Shown here: positions 1 through 12,900 of the stretch, piece after piece | Layout of the letters: each line of letters starts with the position of its first letter | Position numbering within the stretch: the first letter of the stretch is position 1 | Assembly (NCBI GenBank): GCA_051362555.1 | Contig: CM120641.1 | Span: forward strand, 23,690,401 to 23,754,400 | Direction: 5' to 3' | Length of the DNA stretch: 64,000 nt | DNA from: Lingula anatina | Lineage: Eukaryota; Animalia; Brachiopoda | Position numbers and translations under genes: made by a program | Notes under the pieces: model-generated | Database searches by the model: none | What the model saw: only the letters and a program-made list of their open reading frames with translations | What the model was told of the DNA's origin: nothing

Positions 1-3000
1 TATATTAGAACCTATCAAGCTCTACTCTGTAACCAGTTTTAAAAATGCTTCTACCTAACTGCTTATCTCTATGACATAACCCCCCCAATCTCTTTTTAAT
101 TGCTCCTCCAATAGCAAGATAAAAGTATATCACTCAGTACTGTAGTATTATGCCAGATGGCTTTATTTGCCATTAGAAAACACTTCAGTACTGTCTTACA
201 AGTGTGCACTTAAGGCAAGAGCAAGGTTACAGGCTAACTGATTGATACAGTGGATTTGCTGTGTGAAAGATGTTAGATGTCTATGGGCGCATTCCCAATG
301 CAACTATTGTTCTATGTAGATCGATCTAAATCTGCAGGGACCCCCAGAATGCAATCAGATTAACAAGTTAACCATCAGTTAATTGAGGAGAATACAGAAA
401 AGCTTGTGATTATATGAGTATGTTGAAAATAAGAGGAGACCTGTTAATCTGATTGTGCTCAGTGAGAGTCCCTGTGAAGTTGTTCAGAAGTTTGTGAGAC
501 TGGACTCAAGTTTATGTGGAGCAGGCCAAAAAGCACATCTCATAGATGGATAAATTCTGAGAAAGTCGATATTTTTACCCCTTAACTTGCCCCAACTTGA
601 GTAAAAGCATAGATTTTATTTTAAAAGAAACAAGTGAGTAGCGCCAGTTAAATAACTTATGGTGCAGCAGTTTCTTACATAATTAAAAAAAAAAGAAACA
701 ATAGCTTCTAATTTTATTATGTTCCTTATTTTTGAATATGTTGATGAAGTCTTCTTTTTAGTGTAATTTCCCCTGCCCTGTGTGAGGACAAGTTGGGACA
801 TAAAAGCATGGTGATGGCTGCCTTGGGCAGAGCACAGCAATAGACACAGGCAGATGGATGTAACATTTAGCTATAATTGCAATGACAGGATGGAGAAAAC
901 TAGAAAACATTATTTCATTAGCAGCGGAAGTGAAATGAAATATATTGTTCCTTTCATCTTCTGGAGCTAATGCCCTCGAAAACACAATCCTCTAATTAAG
1001 CTGCCAGAATGATGAAACTGAGAAGCAAGCGTCAGGTGAAGTTATGAACACAAAAACAATTAGTTGGGATATGAAATTGTAAAATGTTGACTCCCTGACT
1101 CTGGATGTCACATTATCCACGTAGTTATGCAAATTTAATTATGGTGGAAGGTAACTGTCAGCAGGGAGGCTCTCAGTTAGTGCAAAGAGTCATGAATTAA
1201 GACCTGACATATCATGGTCGGGCTTCTTATGCATTTGCACGTACAGATGCATGCACGCACTCACGCATGCACGTAGGTATGTAAGCACGCAAGCACGCAC
1301 ACACACACACATACGCACACTATTTTTACAAACACTATTTTAAAAACTAGTTTTGCAGTGGCAAGATTCTTTTTGCATATAAAAGTAGTTATTACACATG
1401 ACAGCTTCTTAAAGTGGCATCTCACATTAATTATTTTACTTTAATCCTACTAAGATCTAGTTTTACTTATAAAATCTTTTTCCACCAGTTCCAACCCCAT
1501 TTCTCTTCCAACTTTATTCTACAAATTAAGTGAAATTTTTTAAAATTGATGGCTGTTTCTGTGTAGAAGTGAAGTTCCTGTTTGTTAGTTTAATCTCCAG
1601 ACTGAAAACAAACCCTCACTGTAATAGTTGAACCATTTTGACTCCAACGTAAGATAAAACATATACATAAAAAGTGGTTTACATGTCAGACTGGGTGAAT
1701 CTAAATAACTTCCCCAGTGCTGTCTCGGGGGCTACATGTATGTGTATAATGTCCTAGTAAGAAGTTGCGGTTGGGGAATATATAAGTATAGCATGTTGTA
1801 GAGTATTAGGCAGACCCTGGTATGCAGATTATATATATACTGTGAGAGCAACTTTGCTTTGGTGACCTTCATTAATTATGATGGCCTAGGGATGACGCTG
1901 GGCCTTCTGTCACCTCACTAAAAGAGTAGGCAGGTTTGATAACTGGCATCATCCTGAATTCATAGACCAGGGTGGCATTATGCTGTTTGATAAGCATTTT
2001 TTACATCAGTTATCACCCATAGGATGTCTTTGAGAAGAGACATATTTGGGTTCTTTAAATCTCATTAGTGTATTTTGAAAATATTATAGTTCTCAATATT
2101 TCCTGCAAAGTAATACTTTTGATATAAAAAAATCCTACCACTGGTGGTTTTATAATGGCATAAAAAAAGCATATGGTGTTATATGGTGGTATGACACTGG
2201 AAAACCAAGGGTAAACCATGACAGTGGAGAGAAACTTCCTTCTTTTTATTTTTTTCCTTTATTTATTTATTTATTTTTTTTTTGTTTCCTTGTTTGTTTG
2301 ATTTGATTTTATTGTTTGTTCAGTATAACCTGATCAGAAAGGGCCCATGATCAGTGATGGTTTGAAGTCAGTTTTTACAGAAGTGCCGACAAACTGGTAT
2401 ACAGTTGGGTCTTATAAATGAATTAGCTGTTTGCTAACTTGAACCTTTAACCTGCTCACAAATCCAAGGCGCGCGATCCCAAGCAGCAATATCGTTTATG
2501 AGGCCTAACAGTGCATTCTGGTATGTCTCCTCAGTGGCCATCCTGCCCCAGTTATCTAATTAAGGTGGCACACCAGGCATTTTAGAAAAGAATGTTTATT
2601 TGTTGGCACATTTCCTATTGTAATAAGGAAGGGAGGTGTCTCTCTCTGTGTTCTAACTGTTATCCAGGTAACTGTACTACATCAAAGTCCCAAGGAGATC
2701 TTTGATGATATAACACTGAGAAGACAAAATGGAGACCAGGGGACAGCATGAATAATGGAGCAGTATTAAGTTCAGACTAGTGTGACCATGAATATTTATT
2801 ACATTTAAGCACTGAATTTCCTCTTGTGGTTATAGTGGCTGGATGTCCATCTGTGAGTGGGAACAGGGCAATAAAAAGAATCTTAGTACATAATGCTATC
2901 AAGGCATTTATGGAAATTAATTTTCATGGCAACAGCATGTCCTGTTGTAATTAGGAAGGGAGGTGGTCATATAGGTACATAATACCTGCTGCTAGGGCAT

Positions 3001-3449
3001 TTATTTTAATCACAGACCTTTTTCCTGGGCTAGGTACCAAGGGAAATTGAATATTACTCTCCAGCTATTTCCGAAGGTAATATGTTTTGGAGGGGTCTTT
3101 ATTAGAACTTTGTGTATTACCACTAAGTTGGTTATTATGCAACAACTATATAGTAACTTTGAAAAATTCTTTCTGATGATTTTCTGTTGTTGGTATACAG
3201 TATACAAAGCATATGTGTGCTGATTCATATACGACATGTGAAGAAATGTGTATTTTTACCTTTTATGTATGATTAAGTACCTTGTGTGTGAAATTTGCCT
3301 AAGTTTACACATGAATATAAACTTTTGCCTTCATACATATATGATAGGCTTTCAGATAGATAAAATATAAATTAGAGTGTCAGTATACTTCATGTATTGT
3401 CAATCTGTATAGCAAGCATCAAGCACACTTTCTAAAAAGTTCACTTATT

Positions 3450-5187
3450 ATTATTGTACCACCAGCGTTAGCGCTGGCGGTACACATGGTTTCGGTCCCG
3501 TCCGGATCGTTCCGCCGGCTCCGCCGGCTCCGCCGGACGGCTACCGTTACCGCTTCTCCTCCTAGACGGTAAGGGCCCCCGTACCCATCTCATGGATTTA
3601 GGTCACCTATAATCTCAACTCGTTCCACGTAAAATTTGGACTTTGTCGGTATTGGGGTCTGGGTGTGGCACTCATTACAATGCACCCTTGTCTAAAAATG
3701 GCAAAATTAAATGCTTATTATCTACCCTACGGAAGGAGTTATGGGAAAAATTTCTATAGACGGCCTTCCAAAAGTCATATGTGTAGATTTCAAATATACC
3801 CTTGGATTTGACCTTTGACCTTTACTTCAAGGTCAAATGGGTCAAAATTTTCAAAAAAATGAAATTTTTTACGAAAAAAATTTTTTTTACCCTGTTATTC
3901 AGACACTACACAGACTTAACCAATAATATTATTGGAAAGTGTTACCCTTCAGGTCATCTTTCATCTCCATGAATTTGGGGTCAATCGGTGCATTTTCACG
4001 GGAGTAGCGGCCATAAGATACCGAAACTGAAAACTGTCTCTAATTCGGGAACCGTTAATGCTAGAGACCCATTCTTTTTTGCATTTTGTAGAGCATGTAA
4101 AGCCCAACACTGGAAGTGGTCTCCGTTTTTTTGTATTCCATACGGTTTTCGAGTTACGCTGTATCAAAAAGTACATATTGGTGGTAAAAGCAAAATGTGC
4201 AGTACGGTAATGGATAATAAATTTTGAACTCTGGAAAAATAAAACATAAGGCTTGGCAAAGCAGACAACTTGTGTTCAAAAATGACATTATTTCATCAAA
4301 TTTGAACTTCTGAAACTTCAGAGCACCTCCTATTTCAAGAATTTTGACCAAAATGACTTTTTCTTTATTTTAATTAATTTTTTCTGTACGAAATTTAAGG
4401 CACATTATGGTAACTCCAAAATTATAGCATTTAGTCCCTTATATCTCCAAAACTGGCAGAGATAGGTCCATAGTTACTATTGAAGTTGAATAGGAAGTCA
4501 TATACTGGCAATCTTACTGTGACCTTGAAATTGACCTTTGACCTACTTTCCACCATGAACTGAACTTTGCAAATTTTGCTTCCCTTTTATCTCCAAAACT
4601 GGCAGAGATAGGTCCATAGTTACTATTGAACTTGAATAGAAAGTCATATACTTGCAGTCTAAATGTGACCTTAAAATTGACCTTTGACCTACTTTTCACC
4701 ATGAACTGAACTTTGCAAATTTTGCTTTCCTTTTATCTCCAAAACTGGCTGAGATAGGTCCGTAGTTACTATTGAACTTGAATAGAAAGTCTTATACTGG
4801 CAATCTAAGTGTGACCTTGAAATTGACCTTTGACCTACTTTTTATCATGAAGTGAACTCTGCTAATTTCTTTCTCTTTTAACTTCAAACTTGACAGAGAT
4901 AGGTCCATAGTTACTCTTGAACTTGAATAGGAAGTCATATAATGGCAATTTACTGTGACCTTGAAATTGACCCTTGACCTATCTTACAAAGAACTTAAAT
5001 TTGATTGTACCATATATATTTTTTGCAATAGTTTAAAAATTCTTGTTGATTGCATTTTTACAGCTTGTCAAGCACAAAACTGGTGGCTGTGTCCCTTATT
5101 TTGTGTATGTGGGGGTCTATACGAATGCGCTTGCTCCAGCTGGTGGTACAATATTCGGAGGCGGTATCGCCTCTCTGATCCTCTAGT
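3450..5187 (+). mobile_element. Non-autonomous Helentron/Helitron-like element (HINE/DINE-1-type) with internal satellite
   Basis: Perfect 15-bp subterminal inverted repeat TATTGTACCACCAGC (3452-3466) / GCTGGTGGTACAATA (5139-5153). 5' hairpin at 3455-3484 is followed by a GC-rich microrepeat. 3' hairpin GAGGCG-GTAT-CGCCTC (5158-5173) is followed by CTAG and a T-run. Confidence 0.85.
4435..4985 (+). repeat. Tandem array of ~146-bp units (about 4 copies) inside the HINE
   Basis: CTCCAAAACTGGCAGAGATAGGTCCATAGTTACTATTGAA recurs at 4445, 4591, 4737 and ~4882. Each unit carries TGACCTTGAAATTGACCTTTGACCT. Confidence 0.92.
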
Positions 5188-5219
5188 TTTTTTTCCAATT
5201 TCACATTTTTATATTGCAG

Positions 5220-6875
5220 TCATCAAGTGTGCCCCCCAGTGTGATGGCAGTTGCTATGGCAGTGGCCCAGTGGAATGTTGTCACTACCAGTGTGCCGGAG
5301 GGTGTACAGGACCAACCAACAAAAACTGTACTGTGAGTGCTGGTAGAGGTCCCTTTCACATCCAGTGGTACATGTAACTGGACCGGTCCACTTTTATTTT
5401 GAGAGATCCTTGATTATAATTACCCTACAGCTGGTTTTTGCTTCCTTTTACAAGTTCTACACAAGTTCCATTCCTGCTGTTTAGTTGAATTAATTAATCA
5501 GTTGTGCCAAGCATAGGGGAAAGGTGGTGGTACTCTGTTTAGGTGGCTCTTAGGGTGCTTTCCCAGAGATTTAGATCGATCTAAAGATTAAGTTTTAGAT
5601 CGACCTAACTCCCTGGGGGTTCACGCTAAATTGCAGTCAGCCAAGCGGGCACCATAGTTAATTACCCCCTTACAGCTTTTAGTAGGTGGGACAGACGCTT
5701 AAGCCGGCCAAGCTGACAGTAATCTAGTGAGACTCCCCACAGGGATAGATCGATCTAAAAATCTATGGAAATGGGGTGTTAGTCTGGCTGTAAGTTGTCA
5801 ATCTCTCAAAGTTGACCAGTCTTGTTGAGTAGTACCAATCTGTGTGAAAAGGACCTAAGCTTATTGTGTATGCTATATTGTTTTACTTCTGCCCTCCTCC
5901 ACGTTTTGTTTCTTCTCTGATAAAGTGGCATTGGAGGAATTAATCACTTTAAGAGATGGTTCTAGTTTAACACTTAAGCAGCATTCAAAACAGTTTAGTT
6001 TATCACTTCTAGCTTTTTTTTTATTCTGTGGGTATTGCTGCAGATAAGCATTTTAATGTCATGACAAAGAAGGCCCCTCGTGTGTTTAACGTGTTTTGTT
6101 GGTCAGACAGAAAACGTTCATGTTGACACACAATTTTATGTATACCTTTCAGCAAATTTTACTGTATAATATTTAATTGGTGAAAAAAAATATTTTTATT
6201 CACTTCATAAAGTGAAAGTAAAATGATCTCTTGTCTAGATTTATAATGACATATTTTTTGCAAACAGCTACATTTCTGACTTTCATGTTCTTTGTTAACA
6301 TACTACTTACTGACTTACCAGGCCTGCCGACATTTTCTTGATGACCGAGCATGTGTTCCTTACTGCCCTCAACGTCAAATATATGATGAAAAGACATTTA
6401 CATTTGTGGACAACCCAAAATTTAAGTACACATATGGATCCTTATGTGTAAAGGAGTGCCCAGGTACGTGTATAATAAAGGCCTCTGTGTGTGTGTGCGT
6501 GTGGCTGCTTACATGCAATCATTTGTCTGAGTGTGTGTGTGCATATTTTGTTTACTGATTTGGGCAGTGAAAATCAGATCAGTCTGAAAAGCCCCATAAA
6601 CATAAATTGATAAATCCATTAGGTAATATTATTAAAACCCAAATTAGTTGAATTACATGCTTGTGTTTGAATGTCTGCTAAGCCAAATGCTATAATATCA
6701 TTTTGTGTACAGATTTGTTCACTATTTTGATGCCCACTGTCATGTTTTAGATCACCTTCTTATGGACCAGTCAGGTTGTGTAAAGAAATGTCCAGAAGGA
6801 AAAGTGGCCAACAACCGTAAATGTGAACCTTGTAAAGGACCGTGTCCCAAGAGTAAGAGCTTTTCTGGTTTTACC

Positions 6876-6917
<42 letters not shown>

Positions 6918-9900
6918 GCTGGTTAAATGTGTTTTGTTGGTCTATCAAAAACTCTATAACTCCATTAAGTATGAAGTTAATTAATTTACTCTGAGTACAC
7001 ATCAGCAACATTTCAATTGAACTTCACAAATTAATGTTTTAGTTAAATTTCATAGTCAAATGATTTTATGTTCATTCCACTATTTAGGTTGTAATGGAAC
7101 AGGGGATACATACATCACTTCTCAAAATATAAACAGTTTCAATGGATGCACCATTATAGAAGGAAATCTGAAAATATTAAGTCCGACTATTGATGGGTAA
7201 GTGTGAAGGTGATATTATCTCTCTCTCTCATACCAGTATGGGATTGTTGGCCTTTTGTCTGTTCTTACATCTTTTCTCTCAGTGTAATTTTTAACTAACA
7301 TCTTTCCCATTCATCAGACCTCGCACAGAGGTTAATATGTCCATTACATCATCTCAATTGGAAAAGATAGTAGCTTTGCAGGATATATTGAAAAAGAAAA
7401 ATAACTTTAGGACATTTTCAAATGTGGATGGTATATACCCTTGAAGATTTCTTTGCTATGGCTCCGATATTGTCTTCCAGGGACATGTTCAACAATATAC
7501 CACCTATGTCGCCCTCGCAGTTGGAGGCATTAAGTCAAGTTCGAGAAGTGACACACTATGTCCTGATTCAGTCTAATAGTCCAAACCTCACCAGTCTAGC
7601 CTTTCTCAGAAATTTGGAGATAATCCATGGCAGGGAGTTACATACGTATGTATAACATGCATGCCGCCACTTATAAGTTTGAATAAAATGGACGTTTCAA
7701 ATTTTGTTCAAGAGACTTACACGTTCAGGAAACACAAAATTGTTTAAGTTGCAAACAGTTTGCTGCCAAATTTGCCATTGAAACCACCATTTTGTTTGCA
7801 TTTTTTCTTAATTTTATATGCAGATACGCAATAGTCTGTATATACCCTTTTTGTCCATCTGTATTTATTGTTACTGTAAGTTGACAAAGAGGTATGACTG
7901 CAACAAGCTGGTCTGTCTTCTTTTCATACAAAGCTGAATTTCCAGGCAGATGGTCAATTTAGAAATATCAGAAAGCAATACGATATTATTTCTCTTAAGT
8001 ATATTCTCTTTTAATTTGTATCTGCATATTTCCAGCTTTGCTGATCAGGCCATTTATAGTGCACATGTTTTGTTTGGCATTAGACAGTTCTGTTTTAGAT
8101 ACTATGTAACTGCATAGTAGACAATTAGAATGGTTATTTCGATTTCAGTTAAGTTTGATTTTGAAGTAAAATGTTACTAATGTAACTGTTATAATGGTAA
8201 TGCCGCAATTTTATTTGACCTGACCTCTGACCCCTGACCTATGACCCTGCACTCCCCCACCCTGTCACCTGGAGGTTTTGGCATGGACTGGGTTTATTTG
8301 TTTTGTCTTTCAGGATTTATTTGGTCTTATTGAAGCTTGAATTTTTTATATCAAATTGATATGCTTGTCTGTCTGTCTGTCTGTCAGTTGTAAGTGGGAT
8401 GAGTGGGTAGAAACATTGTGGAAAGGAATTACACATTATTGTTTATTTAACAAACCTTTTTAGTGCAATTAGTTTTTGCCTTGATGATAAGATATTATGG
8501 GAGAGGGTACACAAGGTGTTTATGTTTATTTTATTTTAGATAAATATCCCAATTACAGTATAAGGTTAAAACAAAGGGCTGTTTTAGTTCAATCACCAAT
8601 AACATAGGAAATTAAGGAACCATGGTTTTTTGTTTCCCTGATTTGGTGTCAAGTCTAACTGCATAATGATGATTCATTTAAAAGTAAATGTTTTTTTAAT
8701 GTACATGGTGTGATAAAATAAAATGAAAATATATCTAATCATATCTTTAAAGACAATCATTTTTATTATTAATGAAAGAACAATAGCAAATACTTAAACA
8801 AATAAATAAAATATACATTCAGTTCATGTATGTTTAATTTATGTCTTTGAAGATAATGATGGTGATGGCATAGAGTACTCCTCCCATGGACTTGAGCTGA
8901 TCAATGATGTTTTATCTGATCAGTGTAGTTATCGGCATACAGAGTGCACAATGCCTGTATTCGGCAGAGATAAAGGAAGGTCCTTTTCACGTCAGTGGTA
9001 CAGTTTTCTGTACCACATCAGTTTAACTGGCCCAAACTCCCACTGTACCATCAAATATAATAGAGTTAATTGGCTATGCCGCAAGCTGGCTTTAGAGTTG
9101 TCAATCCCTCAACATAGGAAGTTACAGATAACTGTATCACTTGATGTGTTAAGGACCAATATTTCTATTGGGTGAAACATGAGTAACCAGGAGAAGTTCA
9201 TGTGAGGAGAATTCTCTCTGGTCTTCATTATTTACATTGACATTGTATATCCAGCAATATTAATGCAATTTGCTAAATCCTGCTGGATCACTGATAATCT
9301 TCATAAACTTACTTATAGACGTGCATTCATCTGTAAATGTTTCAGTTTTGTGGTTTGAATTTTGATGCATTTGAATAAACTAATTTTTGTTATGAATAGA
9401 GTAAACCTAACAGGTTTTTTTAAATTTGGATTTATGTTATTTGCTTGATGGCATTTGTTCTTAATTGTTTGCATTTTTTTGGTTTTTTATTTTTTCCCTT
9501 CACACAACAGGGGGGGTAAAGCAACATTAGGAGTCCCACAGAGGTAATTTCAACTTCTGTTTTGTATAATGTCTGCACGAATCCGTTTCTATGTGTTACT
9601 CTATAATGCTTCACCCTGGCAGTGTAATGTGCCCTAGCAGGTAGACAATCAATACATACACCATCATCTACAGGTTAAATAAACATCATAGATGAACTAC
9701 TTGGGGAAATCTGTCCTCTGAAATGTGATCACCAATTGTTGTAATAAGATCTTATTAACATGAAGAAGAGCAAAGGCATGTTCCTCATGCCTGAGTGCAG
9801 GATCTAAGCTTCACTGACAACCTTTCATTCAGTAGATGACATATCTAACCTTAAAAGAGCACATTAAACCCTTCTGATGTTAAAAGCAGCTCCTTACAGG

Positions 9901-12900
9901 TCCCCGTAGGCTTCTTGGTGACATTTTAAAGATGGCTATATAAGCTTGGTAGCTGCCAAAGGGATGGCTTCACTAATACAACTGTAGTAGACTCTGCTCT
10001 AGACTAATGTTAGAGCTATCCTTATCAACAGTGTAATCTGAGTGAAAGTTTTAACCCTTTGTCAAGATCAAAAGTACAAAAACATATTTGTAAGTTGGTC
10101 AGGGTTGCATTATAGAAAATTATTTTTGATTCATGCTGTCACACTTAGAAATGCTACTCACTAATAAGGAACATTCAAAGGCTTTTTTGAACAAAATGTA
10201 TAAAATTTATATAAGAAAAAAGTATATGCATATATGCATTTAAAAAATAATTTAAAAAACAGTATTGGGAAAACATAGTTATGGTTCTCTTATTTTATAT
10301 GCAGAGATACCAAGTAAAAGGACTCAGAATCTAGGGATAATGATTTGGTAGATAGTCTTCCATTTAATAATATGGGTTGAATACGAATTGAATTTTCTGA
10401 ATTCTGGATAGTAAATCAACTAAAAATTGTTTTACAATATTGTCACAGTTATGTGCATGTATTACAAAATTGTTTTACAACATTGTCACAGTTATGTGCA
10501 TGTATTACTGAGAAATTGAAATCTTGGAGCAAACACCTGTTGTCTACCATCAGTTCATTAGATTAAGAATATAGGTGTGAAAACTGGTGATTCCCTGATT
10601 AGGTCTGAATCCCCTATGACAATGCAACAGACAGTTTTCAGACCTAGCCAGTCTCTCAGACCTAACCAGTCATTGAAACCTAGCCAGTCTCTCAGATCTA
10701 ACCAGTATCTGATACACCAACAACAGGTCGGTCTGGATGCCTTTGTTGGCATGGGCCTAATATGAAATGTAAACACAACAAAAACACAGGATGATGTAAA
10801 GATAAGTTGAAATGTCTCTGTTGGGGAGGTGCAGGATATTTGCTTGTTCCATCTGAAGTTAAGAATTTTACATTTGGCCTCTTCTTCTGATATGTTGGTT
10901 TGCGAAGATGGATTCTTTTTTAAACTTTGTCTTTCTCTAGTAAATTAAACTCTCCTTTGCGATGTGAACTTCTTGACTGCAATTATTTTGTAAAGTGGAA
11001 TTTAGAACTTCAGATATGTCTTGTACGTGAGTATGTATGTGTGTGTCATGTATGTGTGTACCATGTTACAAGATTCTCACCAGTATGTGCCTTTTTAATA
11101 CAAGTTTGAATTACAGGGACAGTATACAGGAGTGTCATGTCTAAAATTTACCCTTTTTCTGTTTAACAAATGTTCAAAGGCATTTTTTTTTCATTGCCAA
11201 ATTATTGCATCTCCATGTTAAAAAATCACATTTTTACATGCTGCTGAAATGCAAAGCATGTTTGTAACTGCTTATTAGGGCAGCAGCACTTAGATTTACA
11301 CTTTGTCAATATAAAATTTTGCCATAGTCGTATTTAGGAACACTTTAAAGTAAGTTTTTAGAATGAACATTTATAGTGAAAGCTGTGCCATTAATCTAAT
11401 TCTTGTGGGACATGGTGGCACAATACTGATTTCTTGGTTTGAATGTATGGCATACGCAGTGACTCTCACAAGTGTAGTCAAAAAATCCCCATGTTATGGT
11501 TCACTGCTGGAACCAAGTACCTATTCTTTAATTTGCATAGACCAAAAAACAGAGTCTAATATGTGACAAATTTTGTAAAGCTAGCAACAAGAAATGTGAC
11601 CCTTAAAATGAACTGTTTTTAGTTGGGAACTCAGCTGAGTGATGATGAGTGAGAATTAAATTGTTCCAGTTTTGTCCTTCAGAGAACCTGTATACTGTCC
11701 TTTTGTCTGCATGAAGCCTGCTACAAAACAATTTATGATAACTGTTGTTGCTTGAACAACTAATGTGGTTGTGAATTCTAATAACTAATCTTTTCTTTTA
11801 CTATATTTTTACAGGATAAAAGTGGGTTATTGAGGAAGATATAGCACTTAAATACTTGTGTGTCTTAAAACAGACTTGCTTAAGACTGTTTGTAAAACGA
11901 AAATCATAATCTTTATAATGAAAAAGAAAAAAAAAAAGAAAGAAATCTTACTAATCACAGTATTCTATATGAATATGGTCTTGTTGGCAGCTTGTTCCTG
12001 TATCAAGGTGGCGGTGACACTCGTCTTTATGTGTGTGCTTGTTTTTTTCTGCTTCCAGAGGATCAGCACTTGATGTATATTCACAAACAGTGACATACCT
12101 GGGGTTTAGTTCTTTGAAAAGGGTAAATGGTGGCGAGATTCGGATCACTCATAACAGTGCACTTTGCTACTGGTACACCATAAAGTGGGAGACCCTTACA
12201 GGTCCAAAGAGTCTCCATTTTGTTGAACAGAACAAGATAGAGGCAGAGTGTGGTGAGTCTGCATGTCAATCTCTGGACCATGTACCATGCTTGACGCCCA
12301 GCCATATATCCACCTGTCTCCACCTCCTCCACCTCCTCCAGGTTTTATTTTCATTTTTATTTTTTATTTTTAACCTGTCTCTATTGCATGCATTCAAGTG
12401 TTATTTAGCGTGTCTTTTGCATGGTTGCACCTTTTTCAGAGGCAGTGCACTGGACATTTATGTTCCAAATCTCAGAGCATTGAATTTAGTTTCCCTGAAA
12501 TCAGTGATGCATGGCGATATAAAAATGGAGTACAACAGCAATCTGTGCTACTGGTACACCATTCAGTGGAAGGATTTTCTTAAAGATAATGCAATCTTCG
12601 CTGGCAAGGATAACCCAAACAAGGCAACCTGTGGTAAGTAGGGATAGCTAGTCAGACTCTGACATCTTTATGCATCTGCTATATTCCTGTGGTAAGTTTT
12701 CTCCAATAGGTGCAGTTATGGAAATGCTGCTTCTTTGGATATTTCCAATGATTTTTGATGACAGCATTAGGGATTTGTTACCTGATGCTGAACCTCAGGT
12801 GAAATATAAAGAAACTTTTTTTTTCATATTAGATTTTGTTATCACTGAGAACCAATTTGTTAGTCGAGAACAAACAAACGAAAAGCCCATTTTGTGTCCT

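Noticed and set aside
1-3440. Further EGFR exons or a separate gene at the window start
   Set aside because: No Cys-rich or L-domain frame with splice sites was found; treated as intron.
8852-9175. ~108-codon open frame in the EGFR intron, as a third variant or soluble-form exon
   Set aside because: No similarity to exons A/B, and its acceptor phase (1) does not match the preceding donor (phase 2).
10720-10790. Possible SINE 3' tail after the 18-bp minisatellite
   Set aside because: No recognisable tRNA-like head or TSD; cannot be supported without a repeat library.
12033-12641. 202-aa ORF read as one exon
   Set aside because: It is two homologous exons with their own splice sites, separated by a low-complexity intron that happens to lack stops.
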